Shown here: positions 10,234 to 20,172 of the stretch, piece by piece
Layout: every line of letters starts with the position of its first letter
Numbering within the stretch: position 1 is the first letter of the stretch
From: Hyphomicrobiaceae bacterium
GTDB taxonomy: Bacteria; Pseudomonadota; Alphaproteobacteria; Rhizobiales; Hyphomicrobiaceae
Assembly: GCA_965279065.1 (NCBI GenBank)
Contig: OZ257134.1
Location: 3,960,294-4,024,293, forward strand
Direction: 5' to 3'
DNA: 64,000 nucleotides
The notes under the pieces: model-generated
What the model was told of the DNA's origin: nothing
Database searches by the model: none
The model's input: the letters and a program-made list of their open reading frames with translations, nothing else
Program-made: the position numbers and the translations under genes

Positions 10234-10293
10234 ACGCTACCGTATGGAATGTGTATCCCCTCAGTTTGCTCTCGTCAATACGGTACCGTATGG
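10230..10293. promoter_or_regulatory. Two copies of an 18-bp palindromic box (candidate TetR operators)
   Basis: CCATACGCTACCGTATGG at 10230-10247 and CAATACGGTACCGTATGG at 10276-10293. The second contains the perfect 14-bp palindrome ATACGGTACCGTAT. Both lie in the divergent gap next to the TetR gene. Confidence 0.45.
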
Positions 10294-10305
10294 TAGAAGA
10301 CGGTC

Positions 10306-10863
10306 ATGAGACTTGGCGAAAAGGAATGGATCGATGCCGGGCTGCGCGCGATAGCCGAGCGCGGCGTCGAGGCCGTGCGCGTGGAGCGTCTGGCCGAAAC
10401 CCTCAAGGTCACGAAGGGCAGCTTCTACTGGCACTTCAAGGATCGCGCGGCGCTGCTCGAACGCTTGCTTGAAGAATGGAGCGAGCGCACCACCGGCGAT
10501 GTCATCGCGCAACTGGACACTGCTGGCGGCGATGCAGGACGTCGGCTGGAACAGCTGCTCCTCATCAGTTACGGATCGCGCGGCCGCCTCGAGCGCGGCA
10601 TACGCGCCTGGGCCGCCCAGGATGAGATGGCGCAAAAGGCCCTGGAGAAAATCGACCAGCGTCGCGTGGCCTACCTTGCGGCGCTTCTGTCAGACCTGGG
10701 TCTGCCCCCCGCAGAGAGCAAGACACGCGCCCGCTTCGCCTATCACGCCATGGTCGGTCGTTTCATGTCGGGTACCCGGCCGGACAAGGGCGTCCGGCTG
10801 AAGGCAGAGGTTGCCATGCTCGTCTCCATGCTCTCCGCCGAGGCACGAGGGTCGCGCTGTTAA
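10306..10863 (+). CDS. TetR/AcrR-family transcriptional regulator
   Basis: N-terminal HTH (AIAERGVEAVRVERLAETLKVTKGSFYWHFKDRAALL). Confidence 0.85.
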   Translation: MRLGEKEWIDAGLRAIAERGVEAVRVERLAETLKVTKGSFYWHFKDRAALLERLLEEWSERTTGDVIAQLDTAGGDAGRRLEQLLLISYGSRGRLERGIRAWAAQDEMAQKALEKIDQRRVAYLAALLSDLGLPPAESKTRARFAYHAMVGRFMSGTRPDKGVRLKAEVAMLVSMLSAEARGSRC

Positions 10864-10972
10864 CGGCGTCGGCAAATCAAGCGTCGCGGCGGCACGCCAA
10901 GTCTGATAGCGCATCGTATGGGGCCGGCCCCACGGGTCGACCCAAGCTTCACGCCGCAGTATTTGCAGATCT

Positions 10973-11716
10973 ATGCCCCACACGCCCGCATCCACCGGCC
11001 CCGCCTGGCGCGCCACGGTCCTCACCCTGTTCCCCGAGATGTTTCCCGGGCCGCTCGGCTTGTCGCTCGCCGGTCAGGCGTTGGCCGCCGGCATCTGGTC
11101 GCTCGAAACGCAGCAGATCCGCGATTTCGGTCTCGGCCGCCACCGCGCCGTCGATGACACGCCGGCCGGCGGCGGCGCCGGCATGGTGCTGCGCGCCGAC
11201 GTCCTCGGTCCCGCCATCGATGCCGCCCGCACCCGCGACACGGAAAGTCCGCTCATCTACCTCTCGCCCCGCGGCGAACGCCTCACGCAGGCCCTCGCCC
11301 ACGATCTCGCCGCCGGCCCCGGCGTGATTCTGCTTGCCGGCCGCTTCGAAGGCATCGACCAGCGCGTCATCGACGCCCGCGGCCTGCGCGAGATTTCCAT
11401 CGGCGACTACGTGCTGTCCGGAGGCGAATTGGCCGCCATGGTGCTGCTCGATACGATCGTCCGCTTGCTCCCCGGCGTCGTCGGCGCCACCGAGTCGCTA
11501 CAACACGAAAGCTTCGAGACCGGCCTGCTGGAACACCCCCAATACACAAAGCCCCGCGAGTGGGAGGGCCGTGCCATCCCCGACATCCTCCTCTCCGGCG
11601 ACCACAAGAAAATCGAGGCCTGGCGCCGCGCCGAGGCCCAGCACATCACCGCCACCCGCCGCCCGGACCTGCTGAACTCCGGCCAATTGCCACCAGGAAC
11701 TCGCAAAAAGCCTTGA
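10973..11716 (+). CDS. trmD: tRNA (guanine37-N1)-methyltransferase
   Basis: [14 protein letters not shown]...[13 protein letters not shown]...[17 protein letters not shown] motifs, located upstream of rplS. Confidence 0.9.
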   Translation: MPHTPASTGPAWRATVLTLFPEMFPGPLGLSLAGQALAAGIWSLETQQIRDFGLGRHRAVDDTPAGGGAGMVLRADVLGPAIDAARTRDTESPLIYLSPRGERLTQALAHDLAAGPGVILLAGRFEGIDQRVIDARGLREISIGDYVLSGGELAAMVLLDTIVRLLPGVVGATESLQHESFETGLLEHPQYTKPREWEGRAIPDILLSGDHKKIEAWRRAEAQHITATRRPDLLNSGQLPPGTRKKP

Positions 11717-11854
11717 GCCAGCGGCAACTCACGTATCGACAAGCCCTGCCAATTCCGCTATGCACCGCCGATCCAATTCTCTAATGCCTGCCGCGCGGGC
11801 TCCCGGATGTCCGGGTGAGCCGCGGTAAGGCTTTGTTTTGCTTGGGGTAAGTCA

Positions 11855-12556
11855 ATGAACATCATCCAGCAGATCGAGCGCGAGCAGATCAGCGCCATCT
11901 CCGCGAAGCGCGCCGTTCCTGAATTCGGGCCTGGCGACACCGTTAAGGTCATGGTTCGCGTCGTCGAAGTCGCCGAGCCGGACAAGAAGTCCAAGGGCAA
12001 GCCGAAGGCCGCGACGCCGACGTCGCGTCTTCAGGCCTACGAAGGCGTCGTCATCGCCCGCTCGGGCGGCGGCATCAACGAAAGCTTCACCGTCCGCAAG
12101 ATCTCCTATGGCGAAGGCGTGGAACGCGTGTTCCCAATCTACTCGCCCTTCATCGCCGAGATCGAAGTCGTTCGCCGTGGCCGCGTCCGCCGCGCCAAGC
12201 TGTATTATCTCCGCGGTCGCCGCGGTAAGGCCGCCCGCATCGTCGAGCGTTCGGATGCGCGCGCCCGCCGCCTCAACGCCGCCTGGAAGGGCTTCAAGAA
12301 GATCAAGGGCGAGCCCGACGATCTGACGCAGATCAAGGGCATCGACGCCGACCTCTTCGGCCGCCTGAAGCAGCTGAACGTCATCAAGCTGGAGCAGATC
12401 GCCAACTTCTCCGACGAAGACATCGCCAACGTCGACGAAGTGCTGCAGTTGAACGGCCGCATCGAGAAAGAAGACTGGATCGGCCAGGCCCAGCGTCTGG
12501 TGGCTGAAGCCGCCGCCGCCGAGGTTCCTGCCGAAGGCGAAGCGCCTCCGGCCTAA
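11855..12556 (+). CDS. rplS: 50S ribosomal protein L19 with internal insertion and long C-terminal extension
   Basis: The L19 core is recognisable (FGPGDTVKV...[40 protein letters not shown]...[18 protein letters not shown]). The ORF is 233 aa against about 115-130 aa for typical L19. Confidence 0.9.
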   Translation: MNIIQQIEREQISAISAKRAVPEFGPGDTVKVMVRVVEVAEPDKKSKGKPKAATPTSRLQAYEGVVIARSGGGINESFTVRKISYGEGVERVFPIYSPFIAEIEVVRRGRVRRAKLYYLRGRRGKAARIVERSDARARRLNAAWKGFKKIKGEPDDLTQIKGIDADLFGRLKQLNVIKLEQIANFSDEDIANVDEVLQLNGRIEKEDWIGQAQRLVAEAAAAEVPAEGEAPPA

Positions 12557-12582
12557 GACTGGCAGGTGCGCTTTACGAATTC

Positions 12583-12616
12583 GCGGCGGCTCGCAAGGCC
12601 GCCGCTTTCGTTTGTT
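12583..12616 (+). terminator. Rho-independent terminator after rplS
   Basis: GCGGCGGC-tcgcaag-GCCGCCGC followed by TTTCGTTTGTT. Confidence 0.6.
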
Positions 12617-12707
12617 ACGCCGCAACCTTGGCAGTCCCAAGCCGTTGCGCGGACCGCGAAAACAACTACATTTGTTGGCACAGGAATAACGGCAGGCGCA
12701 GCCTTAC

Positions 12708-13532
12708 ATGTCGAACGTCGAAGCCACCCGCTCGCTCACCCGTGACGGCGCCATCAAGCTGCACGGCCGCGATGCGTTCGCCGCCATGCATAAGGCCGGC
12801 CGCCTCGCCGCCCAGGCTCTCGACATGCTGGTGCCCTACGCGGTCCCCGGCACGACCACCGAACGCATCGACGAACTGATCCTCGAATTCGCGCTCGACA
12901 ACGGCGCCATCCCGGCAACGCTGAACTACCGGGGCTATCGCCACTCGACCTGCACCTCGATCAACCACGTCGTCTGCCACGGCATGCCGAACGCCAAGCC
13001 GCTGCGCGAGGGCGACATCGTCAACATCGACGTCACGTTGATCGTCGACGGCTGGCACGGCGACACCAGCCGCATGTACGCTGTCGGCGAGATCTCACGC
13101 CGCGCCGAACGCCTCCTTGCCGTGACATACGAAGCGCTCCAACGCGGCATCGCCGCCGTGAAGCCGGGACACACCACCGGCCACATCGGCGCGGCGATCC
13201 AGACGTACGCCGAAGCCGAGCGCTGCAGCGTCGTCGAAGACTTCTGCGGTCACGGTCTCGGCCAGGTGTTCCATGACCGGCCCAACATCCTGCACTACGG
13301 CAAGGCAGGCGACGGCCCCGTGTTGAAGCCGGGCATGATCTTCACGATCGAGCCGATGATCAACCTCGGCAAAAAGGACGTGAAGGTGCTGGCCGATGGC
13401 TGGACCGCCGTCACGCGTGACCGCGAGCTCTCCGCCCAGTTCGAGCACACGGTCGGCGTCACTGAAACGGGCTGCGAGATCTTCACGCTCTCCCCCGCCG
13501 GCTTCGATCACCCGCCCTACAACGCAGGCTGA
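12708..13532 (+). CDS. map: Type I methionine aminopeptidase
   Basis: [20 protein letters not shown]...[11 protein letters not shown]...FCGHGLG...EPM...EHT metal-ligand motifs. Confidence 0.92.
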   Translation: MSNVEATRSLTRDGAIKLHGRDAFAAMHKAGRLAAQALDMLVPYAVPGTTTERIDELILEFALDNGAIPATLNYRGYRHSTCTSINHVVCHGMPNAKPLREGDIVNIDVTLIVDGWHGDTSRMYAVGEISRRAERLLAVTYEALQRGIAAVKPGHTTGHIGAAIQTYAEAERCSVVEDFCGHGLGQVFHDRPNILHYGKAGDGPVLKPGMIFTIEPMINLGKKDVKVLADGWTAVTRDRELSAQFEHTVGVTETGCEIFTLSPAGFDHPPYNAG

Positions 13533-13536
13533 TGTG

Positions 13537-14301
13537 ATGTCGTCGGTGCCTCCCGGAGGACCGAGCGACGACGATGAGCCTGAGGCCGGTGGAGCCGCCG
13601 CATCTCAGGGCTCCTTCTTCGACCAGGCCACGTCGTTGAACGCGGGCCATCGCGAGCGCCTGCGCGACCGCTTCCGCAAAGGCGGCGCCGACGCGTTGCC
13701 CGATTACGAACTGCTTGAACTGCTGCTGTTCCGCGCCCTTCCCCGCCGCGATACCAAGGATCTGGCCAAGCGCCTCATCGCCCGCTTCGGCTCGTTCGCC
13801 GAGGTCATCAACGCGCCGGATGCCCGCCTGAAGGAGATCAACGGCGTCGGCGAGAGCGTGATTACCGAGTTGAAGCTCGTCCGCGCCGCCGCAGTGCGCC
13901 TCATGCGCAGGGACATCGACGGCCGGCCGGCATTCGCCTCGACCCCTGCCGTCGTCGATTACCTGCGTGCGGTCCAGGCCTTCGAGCCGCGCGAGCAGTT
14001 TCGCATCCTCTTCCTCGACCGCCGCAATCACCTCATCGCCGACGAGGTGCAGGGCCAGGGCACGGTGGACCACACGCCCGTCTACGTGCGCGAAGTCGTG
14101 AAGCGCGCGCTGGAACTCTCCGCCACCGCCGTCATCCTCGTGCACAATCACCCATCCGGCGACCCCGAGCCCTCCCGCGCCGACATCGACATGACCAAGC
14201 GCATCGTCGAAGCCGCCCGCCCGCTCGGCGTCAGCGTATTGGATCACATCATCGTCGGCCGCCTCGGCCACGCCAGCTTCAAGCAGCTGCGGTTGCTTTA
14301 A
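13537..14301 (+). CDS. radC: RadC-family JAB-domain protein
   Basis: JAMM-like motif [23 protein letters not shown] and an N-terminal HhH-like region. ATG at 13537 chosen (GTG at 13534 is also possible). The upstream ORF part overlaps map. Confidence 0.85.
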   Translation: MSSVPPGGPSDDDEPEAGGAAASQGSFFDQATSLNAGHRERLRDRFRKGGADALPDYELLELLLFRALPRRDTKDLAKRLIARFGSFAEVINAPDARLKEINGVGESVITELKLVRAAAVRLMRRDIDGRPAFASTPAVVDYLRAVQAFEPREQFRILFLDRRNHLIADEVQGQGTVDHTPVYVREVVKRALELSATAVILVHNHPSGDPEPSRADIDMTKRIVEAARPLGVSVLDHIIVGRLGHASFKQLRLL

Positions 14302-14341
14302 TCAGGGGTGCCCAGGACGATCGAAAAGCCGCTCTAACGCC

Positions 14342-15643
14342 TCACTCATGCCGCTCCATCGCCGAGTGCGTGCGCGTGTCGCGCATGAAGGCGTAGACCA
14401 GCAGCGACACGAAGATGCAGCCCGAGACGTACCAGTAGAAGTACGACTCGTGACCCTCGTGCTTCAGCCACAGCGCCACGTACTCGGCCGTGCCGCCGAA
14501 CAGCGCCACCGTCACCGCGTAGGGCAGTCCCACGCCAAGCGCGCGAATGTTCGTCGGAAACAGCTCCGCCTTCACGATGGCGTTGATGGCCGTGTAGCCG
14601 CTGACGATCACCAGTGCCGTCATGATGAGCGCGAAGGCGGTCCACGCGTCGTGCGCGCTCTGCAGCGCTGTCAGCAGCGGCACCGTGCCGAGCGTCCCCA
14701 GAATGCCGAAGCCCAGCAGCAACGGCCTGCGCCCGATCTTGTCCGACAGCGCGCCGACCAGCGGCTGCAGGCACATGTAGCAGAACAAGGCGCATGCGGT
14801 GACGACCGTGGAGGTATCCTTCGACAGCCCCACCGAGTTCACGAGAAATTTCTGCATGTACGTCGTGTAGGTGTAGAACGCCACGGTGCCGCCGAGCGTC
14901 AGCCCGACGACGATCGCCACCTCGCGCGGATGCTGCATCAGCGTCCGTAACGAACTCTTGCGCGTGACGCTGCCTTCCGCCGCCTTGAACGCGTCCGTCT
15001 CATGCATGTCGCGCCGCATGAAGTAGGCGATGACCGCCAGCAGGGCACCGATCACGAATGGAATGCGCCAGCCCCAGGCTTCCAGCTGTTCCGGCGACAG
15101 CACCAGCTTTTGCAGCACCAGCAGCACCAGGATCGCCGTCAGCTGACCGCCGATCAGCGTCACGTACTGGAAGCTGGAGTAGAACCCGCGGTGCTCCGGC
15201 GTCGCCATCTCCGACAGGTACGTCGCGCTCGTGCCGTACTCGCCGCCAAGACTGAGGCCTTGGATCATGCGCGCGATCAGCAGCAGGATCGGAGCGAACA
15301 CGCCGATCGTCTCGTAGGTCGGAATGACGGCGATCAGCAGCGAGCCGAAGCACATCAGTAGCACTGAGGCCGTCAGCGCCGCCCGTCGCCCGTGCCGGTC
15401 CGCATAGCGGCCGAACAGCCACCCACCCACCGGCCGCATCAGGAAGCCGAAGGCGAAGATGCCTGCGGCCTTCAGCAACTGCGCGGTCTGGCTGCCCTCG
15501 GGAAAGAACGAGTCGAGGAAGTAGAGCGAGAACGCCGCATAGACGTAGAAGTCGAACCATTCGACGAGATTGCCGGAAGAGCCGACGAGAATCGCTTTGA
15601 CCCGTTGCCCTGTTCCCAGCTGCTCCGTTCCGCCCCCAGCCAT
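14342..15643 (-). CDS. kgtP: MFS metabolite:H+ symporter, alpha-ketoglutarate permease-like
   Basis: Near-collinear similarity from memory to E. coli KgtP (GNLVEWFDFYVY...GFLMRPVGGWLFGR...GLSLGGEYGTSATYLSE...FQYVTLIGGQL). Confidence 0.8.
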   Translation of the reverse strand: MAGGGTEQLGTGQRVKAILVGSSGNLVEWFDFYVYAAFSLYFLDSFFPEGSQTAQLLKAAGIFAFGFLMRPVGGWLFGRYADRHGRRAALTASVLLMCFGSLLIAVIPTYETIGVFAPILLLIARMIQGLSLGGEYGTSATYLSEMATPEHRGFYSSFQYVTLIGGQLTAILVLLVLQKLVLSPEQLEAWGWRIPFVIGALLAVIAYFMRRDMHETDAFKAAEGSVTRKSSLRTLMQHPREVAIVVGLTLGGTVAFYTYTTYMQKFLVNSVGLSKDTSTVVTACALFCYMCLQPLVGALSDKIGRRPLLLGFGILGTLGTVPLLTALQSAHDAWTAFALIMTALVIVSGYTAINAIVKAELFPTNIRALGVGLPYAVTVALFGGTAEYVALWLKHEGHESYFYWYVSGCIFVSLLVYAFMRDTRTHSAMERHE

Positions 15644-15768
15644 GCGTTCAATTCTCCCCCAACATATTATTTTTGCAGGATTATTTGTAACACTCGTTCT
15701 TTGCCGCGCGTATGTCTATATGTGTGATCCTGTTTTGCTCACAGCTCGAAACGGCCCTTGAGGGATAC

Positions 15769-16734
15769 ATGTCTCAACCCCGTCATTCCAAGGTTATCAT
15801 CCTCGGCTCCGGCCCTGCCGGCTATACCGCAGCGGTCTATGCGGCGCGCGCCATGCTGAAGCCGTTGCTCATCCAGGGCAGCCAGCCGGGCGGCCAGCTC
15901 ACCATCACCACCGACGTGGAAAACTATCCCGGCTTCGCCGATGCGATCCAGGGCCCGTGGCTCATGGAGCAGATGCAGGCGCAGGCTGAGCACGTCGGCA
16001 CCGAGATCGTCATGGATCACATCTCGTCCGTCGATCTGAAGCGCCGGCCGTTCAAGCTGGTCGGAGAGAGCGGCGATACCTACACCTGTGACGTTCTTAT
16101 CATCTGCACCGGCGCCCAGGCGCGCTGGCTCGGCCTGCCGTCGGAGCATGCCTTTCAGGGCCACGGCGTGTCCGCCTGCGCCACCTGCGACGGCTTCTTC
16201 TACAAGGGCAAGGAAGTCATCGTTGCCGGCGGCGGCAACACCGCCGTAGAAGAGGCGATCTTCCTGACCAACTTCGCCAAGCGCGTCACCGTCGTGCACC
16301 GCCGTGACAGCTTCCGCGCCGAACGCATCATGCAGGAGCGCCTGTTCAAGAACCCGAAGATCGAAGTCGTATGGGATCACGCAATCGAGGAGATCGTCGG
16401 CAACGCCGCACCGAAGTCGGTGACGAGCGTGCGCCTGAAGAACGTCAAAACCGGCAAGGTCACGGAGCGACCGGCTGACGGCGTGTTCATCGCTATCGGC
16501 CACGCCCCAGCTACCGAGCTCTTCAAGGGCCAGTTGGACATGACCCCGGGCGGCTACCTCATAACCGCACCCGATTCGACGGCAACGTCGATTGAAGGCG
16601 TTTATGCTGCCGGCGACGTGAAGGACGAGGTGTTCCGCCAGGCGGTCACTGCGGCTGGCATGGGCTGCATGGCAGCACTTGAGGCCGAACGCTATCTCGC
16701 CGCCCGCGAGGCTGCGGCCGAGGCTGCTGAGTAA
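15769..16734 (+). CDS. trxB: Thioredoxin-disulfide reductase
   Basis: GSGPAGYTAAVYAARA FAD motif, redox CATCDG, NADPH motif GGGNTAVEEA. Start at the internal ATG 15769. Confidence 0.92.
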   Translation: MSQPRHSKVIILGSGPAGYTAAVYAARAMLKPLLIQGSQPGGQLTITTDVENYPGFADAIQGPWLMEQMQAQAEHVGTEIVMDHISSVDLKRRPFKLVGESGDTYTCDVLIICTGAQARWLGLPSEHAFQGHGVSACATCDGFFYKGKEVIVAGGGNTAVEEAIFLTNFAKRVTVVHRRDSFRAERIMQERLFKNPKIEVVWDHAIEEIVGNAAPKSVTSVRLKNVKTGKVTERPADGVFIAIGHAPATELFKGQLDMTPGGYLITAPDSTATSIEGVYAAGDVKDEVFRQAVTAAGMGCMAALEAERYLAAREAAAEAAE

Positions 16735-16775
16735 TGCCGGCGGATTGTACCGGGTAACACGAAGAGGAGACCACG

Positions 16776-16994
16776 ATGACCTTCGACGAGTTCGCGGCCG
16801 AGATTGGTCTCCTCCTGACTCGCATGCAGAACGAGCCGGCAGACCGCCACGAGGTCTATCAGACCTTGAAGGAGCGGCTGAACGAGATGCGGGCCTACGG
16901 CATGCCATTGCCCCAGGATCTCCTCGATATGGAAAGGTCCCTGGAGGAAGAGTTCGCTGAAGACGTGGCCGGCGACACATCTCAACAGGCCTGA
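16776..16994 (+). CDS. Small acidic hypothetical protein
   Basis: 72-aa ORF with a GAGGAG Shine-Dalgarno 6 nt upstream and a codon bias typical of the genome. No family recognised. Confidence 0.5.
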   Translation: MTFDEFAAEIGLLLTRMQNEPADRHEVYQTLKERLNEMRAYGMPLPQDLLDMERSLEEEFAEDVAGDTSQQA

Positions 16995-17263
16995 TCGGCG
17001 AGGAAGCCTGCGAATCACTTTACTGAACGGCGATCGAAATCGCCGTGCTTCTCCTCGCACGTGCGAAGCCGGGGGAGGCTCGGCAACACATTCCGCTCAG
17101 AATCGCCGAAATCAGGCATGCGGCTTCAAGAAAGAAACTTTCGCAACTTGTGTGCAGTGCACGCGTTGTTGACAGCCCGTCGGCCTGCATCGAACCTCAC
17201 AGCTGAGGTGCAACTCGGGCCGTCGGCGTGGGTGAACGCATCTCACACAGGGGAGACAACAAC

Positions 17264-17524
17264 ATGCCTGAACTTCAAGTCCTACTCGTCTGGCTTCTGA
17301 TCGGCGCTATTGCTGGCTGGCTTGCCGGCCAGATCATCTCCGGTTACGGCTTTGGCCTAGTCGGCAACATCGTCGTCGGCATCTTGGGCGCAGTCCTCGG
17401 CGGCTACCTGTTGGGTGGCCACCTCAGCATCACGGAAAGCTGGATCGTCAACGCCATCATCACCGCCACCGTCGGTGCTCTCATTTTGTTGTTCCTTATC
17501 GGCCTCATCCGACGAGCCACCTAG
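17264..17524 (+). CDS. GlsB/YeaQ/YmgE-family (transglycosylase-associated) stress membrane protein
   Basis: LLIGAIAGWLAGQIISGYGFGLVGNIVVGILGAVLGGYLLG is the family signature. A GGGGAG RBS precedes ATG 17264. Confidence 0.8.
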   Translation: MPELQVLLVWLLIGAIAGWLAGQIISGYGFGLVGNIVVGILGAVLGGYLLGGHLSITESWIVNAIITATVGALILLFLIGLIRRAT

Positions 17525-17548
17525 TAGGGCGCCAGCTCTCGCAAATTG

Positions 17549-17586
17549 AACCCCCGGACTGCGCGACGCAGGACGGGGGTTTTCTT
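17549..17586 (+). terminator. Rho-independent terminator
   Basis: AACCCCCG...(inner CTGCG-cga-CGCAG)...CGGGGGTT followed by TTCTT. Confidence 0.5.
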
Positions 17587-17641
17587 ATGCCAGGAAAAGG
17601 TGCACACCCTTGCCGCCCCCTTCATTTGAGCCAATCTGCAG

Positions 17642-18547
17642 ATGCGCCGCCGCTTTCTCCTCGTGCACAATCCAATCGCGGGCCTCGATGGCCGCCGCCT
17701 CGTCCACGAGGTCACGGCAGGCCTCATCCACCTCCGGGCCGAGGTCGCCAGATTCGACGGCGCGCCGGAAGATCTACCCGCTGTGCTGCGCGATCACGCC
17801 CAGTCGATCGACGCGGTGATCGCTGCCGGCGGTGACGGCACCATTCGCGCCTTGGCCGCCCAGCTGGAGCCATACGGCCTTCCCCTGGGTGTCGTGCCAA
17901 TGGGCACAGGCAACGTGCTGGCCCATGAGATCGGACTGCCCGGCTCCGCGGTTGGGCTCGCCGACCTGCTGCTGCGCGGGCCCGCGCACACGTTCGAAGG
18001 CGCCCGCGCCAACGGCGAGCCATTTTTCCTCATGGCCGGTGTCGGCTTCGACGGCGAGGTGATCGGACATCTCGATACGCCCCTGAAGCGTCGCGTCGGC
18101 AAGTTCGCCTACGTATCGCCCTTCCTGAAGACGCTGCGATCCTCGCGCGCCATGCTCGAGGTCGAAGTCGACGGCCAGCCGCACCAGGCACAGTGGATCG
18201 TTGCCGCCAATGGCCGGCGCTACGGCGGCCCCTTCGTGATCTCGCCGCAAGCCGGTCTCGAGCGGCCCGGTCTCGTCGCCGTGCTGATAAAGAATGCCGG
18301 CCAGTTCGGATTGCTTCGCCAGCTGCTGGCGCTGGGTGTCGGCCGCCTGGATCGTGCGCGCGGCGTCGAGATGATCCCATGCACGCGCATCACGGTGCGC
18401 AGCAACAGCGCGGTCGCCAGCCAGATCGACGGCGATCCGTTCGTCGCGACACCCTTGGAGATTACGGCCGGCGGCGCGCGCGTCAGCCTGATCGTGCCGG
18501 AGGCGTACGCAGCGCGCCTCCCCAAGAATGAAGACCGCGCGGCCTGA
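17642..18547 (+). CDS. Diacylglycerol/lipid kinase family protein (YegS-like)
   Basis: LLVHNPIAG...AAGGDGTIRALAAQL...PLGVVPMGTGNVLAHEIG motifs. Confidence 0.8.
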   Translation: MRRRFLLVHNPIAGLDGRRLVHEVTAGLIHLRAEVARFDGAPEDLPAVLRDHAQSIDAVIAAGGDGTIRALAAQLEPYGLPLGVVPMGTGNVLAHEIGLPGSAVGLADLLLRGPAHTFEGARANGEPFFLMAGVGFDGEVIGHLDTPLKRRVGKFAYVSPFLKTLRSSRAMLEVEVDGQPHQAQWIVAANGRRYGGPFVISPQAGLERPGLVAVLIKNAGQFGLLRQLLALGVGRLDRARGVEMIPCTRITVRSNSAVASQIDGDPFVATPLEITAGGARVSLIVPEAYAARLPKNEDRAA

Positions 18548-18608
18548 GCCGAGCGCTTCCGGAAAAGTATGAAGCGGTTTTCCGATGAGAAGCGCGACCA
18601 AGAACGCG

Positions 18609-19853
18609 CTAGTGCTGGCCCCAGATCTCCACGACCGGCACGCCACTGCCCTTGCCCCACACGATGCGCCCGCGATAGGACGCCACGATCTGCTTGATGG
18701 GCGCATCGGCTTTCACGTCCCAGGGTCCTTCGATCTGGTCCGGATCGACGCGCGTGCGCCGCTCGATCAGGGTGTCCGGGCCGTTGTAATAGACGACGCG
18801 CAGGTCCTTCAGAGTGATTGAGCGGTTGCGGACCTTGATGCGGATTTTCTTGAAGCCGCCTTCGTTGGCGCCGACCGGGATGACATCCTTGTCGAAGCCG
18901 AATGCCTTGATCGTGTTGACGCCGAACATGCCGGCGGACTGCGCCCCCAGCAGCACCCAGCCCTCGTTATACTTGCGGCCTTCGCCCGTCGCGCCGAGCC
19001 AGTCCGCGGCGTACTGCCCGGTCACTTCGACACGCGCCTGACCCGTAACGTTTGGCCGCGAACGATACGTCAGCTGGATCTCGCGGATGAACTCCGTCGG
19101 CTTGACGTCGTACCACTGCGAACGCGAACCCTGCTTCACCTGGGTGTTGAGCACGATGTCGTCTGACGAGCCGTCGTTGTAGACGACCTTCAGGCTGTTC
19201 ACGAACACGTCGTTCTTCAGTACGCGCAGCCGTAGCTTGGAAAACTTGCCCGTCTCCGATCCGACGCGGATGGTGTCGCTGTCCATGCCGAAGCCGACAT
19301 CCTGATAGCCGAACATCACGTCGCCGCCTTCCGTCCGCTCGCCGGGTTTGGCTTCGCTCGGCTTGGTGCGGCTCGGCGGCTCCGCCTCCTTGGTTTCCGG
19401 TGTGTCCTTCCTCTCCGCCACGCTGCCGTCATCGCGCCGCTTGCGCAGACCTTCGTCGGTCTGCAGTGCCCAGACCTCAATGCGCGCCGGGCTGCCCGCA
19501 CCGGCATTGCTCGCGAAGCTCAAGTCGACACGGTCGATGAAGCGGTCCTCCTGGCTCTGGCCGATTGGTTTCGAGCGCTCGCCCTTCAGCAGATGGATGG
19601 TGCGGTTCTCGTCGTGCGCCGAGCCGTCGCGATACAACACCCGCACTTGCGTGAGGTCGACGCCCTGGCGCTTGGCCTCGACTCGAATGGCCCGGAACGC
19701 GCCACGCGCCTGAGCGACGTCGATGCCTTCAGACGATTTCGCCAGGTCGACGTCCTTGGTTCCGACCAAAACCCATCGGTCCCGCGCTTCCGCGACGCTG
19801 GCGAGTGACGCCGCCCAAACGCCCAAGATGGCCACCAGCACGCGCGCCGACAT
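18609..19853 (-). CDS. Secreted protein with three YaaI/DUF2541-like modules
   Basis: Signal peptide MSARVLVAILGVWAASLASVAEA. Three ~105-120-aa repeats share W-V-L-(V/L)-G...D-x-D-x-I-x-V...(L/I)-R-(L/I)-x-V...L-x-V-(V/L)-Y-x-(D/N)-G. Start at the internal ATG 19853. Confidence 0.75.
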   Translation of the reverse strand: MSARVLVAILGVWAASLASVAEARDRWVLVGTKDVDLAKSSEGIDVAQARGAFRAIRVEAKRQGVDLTQVRVLYRDGSAHDENRTIHLLKGERSKPIGQSQEDRFIDRVDLSFASNAGAGSPARIEVWALQTDEGLRKRRDDGSVAERKDTPETKEAEPPSRTKPSEAKPGERTEGGDVMFGYQDVGFGMDSDTIRVGSETGKFSKLRLRVLKNDVFVNSLKVVYNDGSSDDIVLNTQVKQGSRSQWYDVKPTEFIREIQLTYRSRPNVTGQARVEVTGQYAADWLGATGEGRKYNEGWVLLGAQSAGMFGVNTIKAFGFDKDVIPVGANEGGFKKIRIKVRNRSITLKDLRVVYYNGPDTLIERRTRVDPDQIEGPWDVKADAPIKQIVASYRGRIVWGKGSGVPVVEIWGQH

Positions 19854-20172
19854 CGTTGTCACTCCAGTCGTTCCAATAGGTTGCGAGTTTGGGTGGAGTG
19901 TACTCGGCGTCGTCGTTCGCGCCAGTGAAAGCGCATTGGCGGCATCAGGTCGCCGGCGCCGGCTCCTGCCGCCAATTGCATCGGCCCCAAAGTCGAAGCC
20001 AAATAAAACGATCCCCAATTCACTGCAGTGCAACAGAAGAAACACAACATCTTTTAACGATGACCCGAGGAAACACTTAATTAAGCTTGAGGTTTGCTCG
20101 GGTGTCAGGCGTAATGCACGTGTGACCCGTGGTGCCGTCCCCCCTGTCCCCCCAGAGGCACCACGCTAAAGA

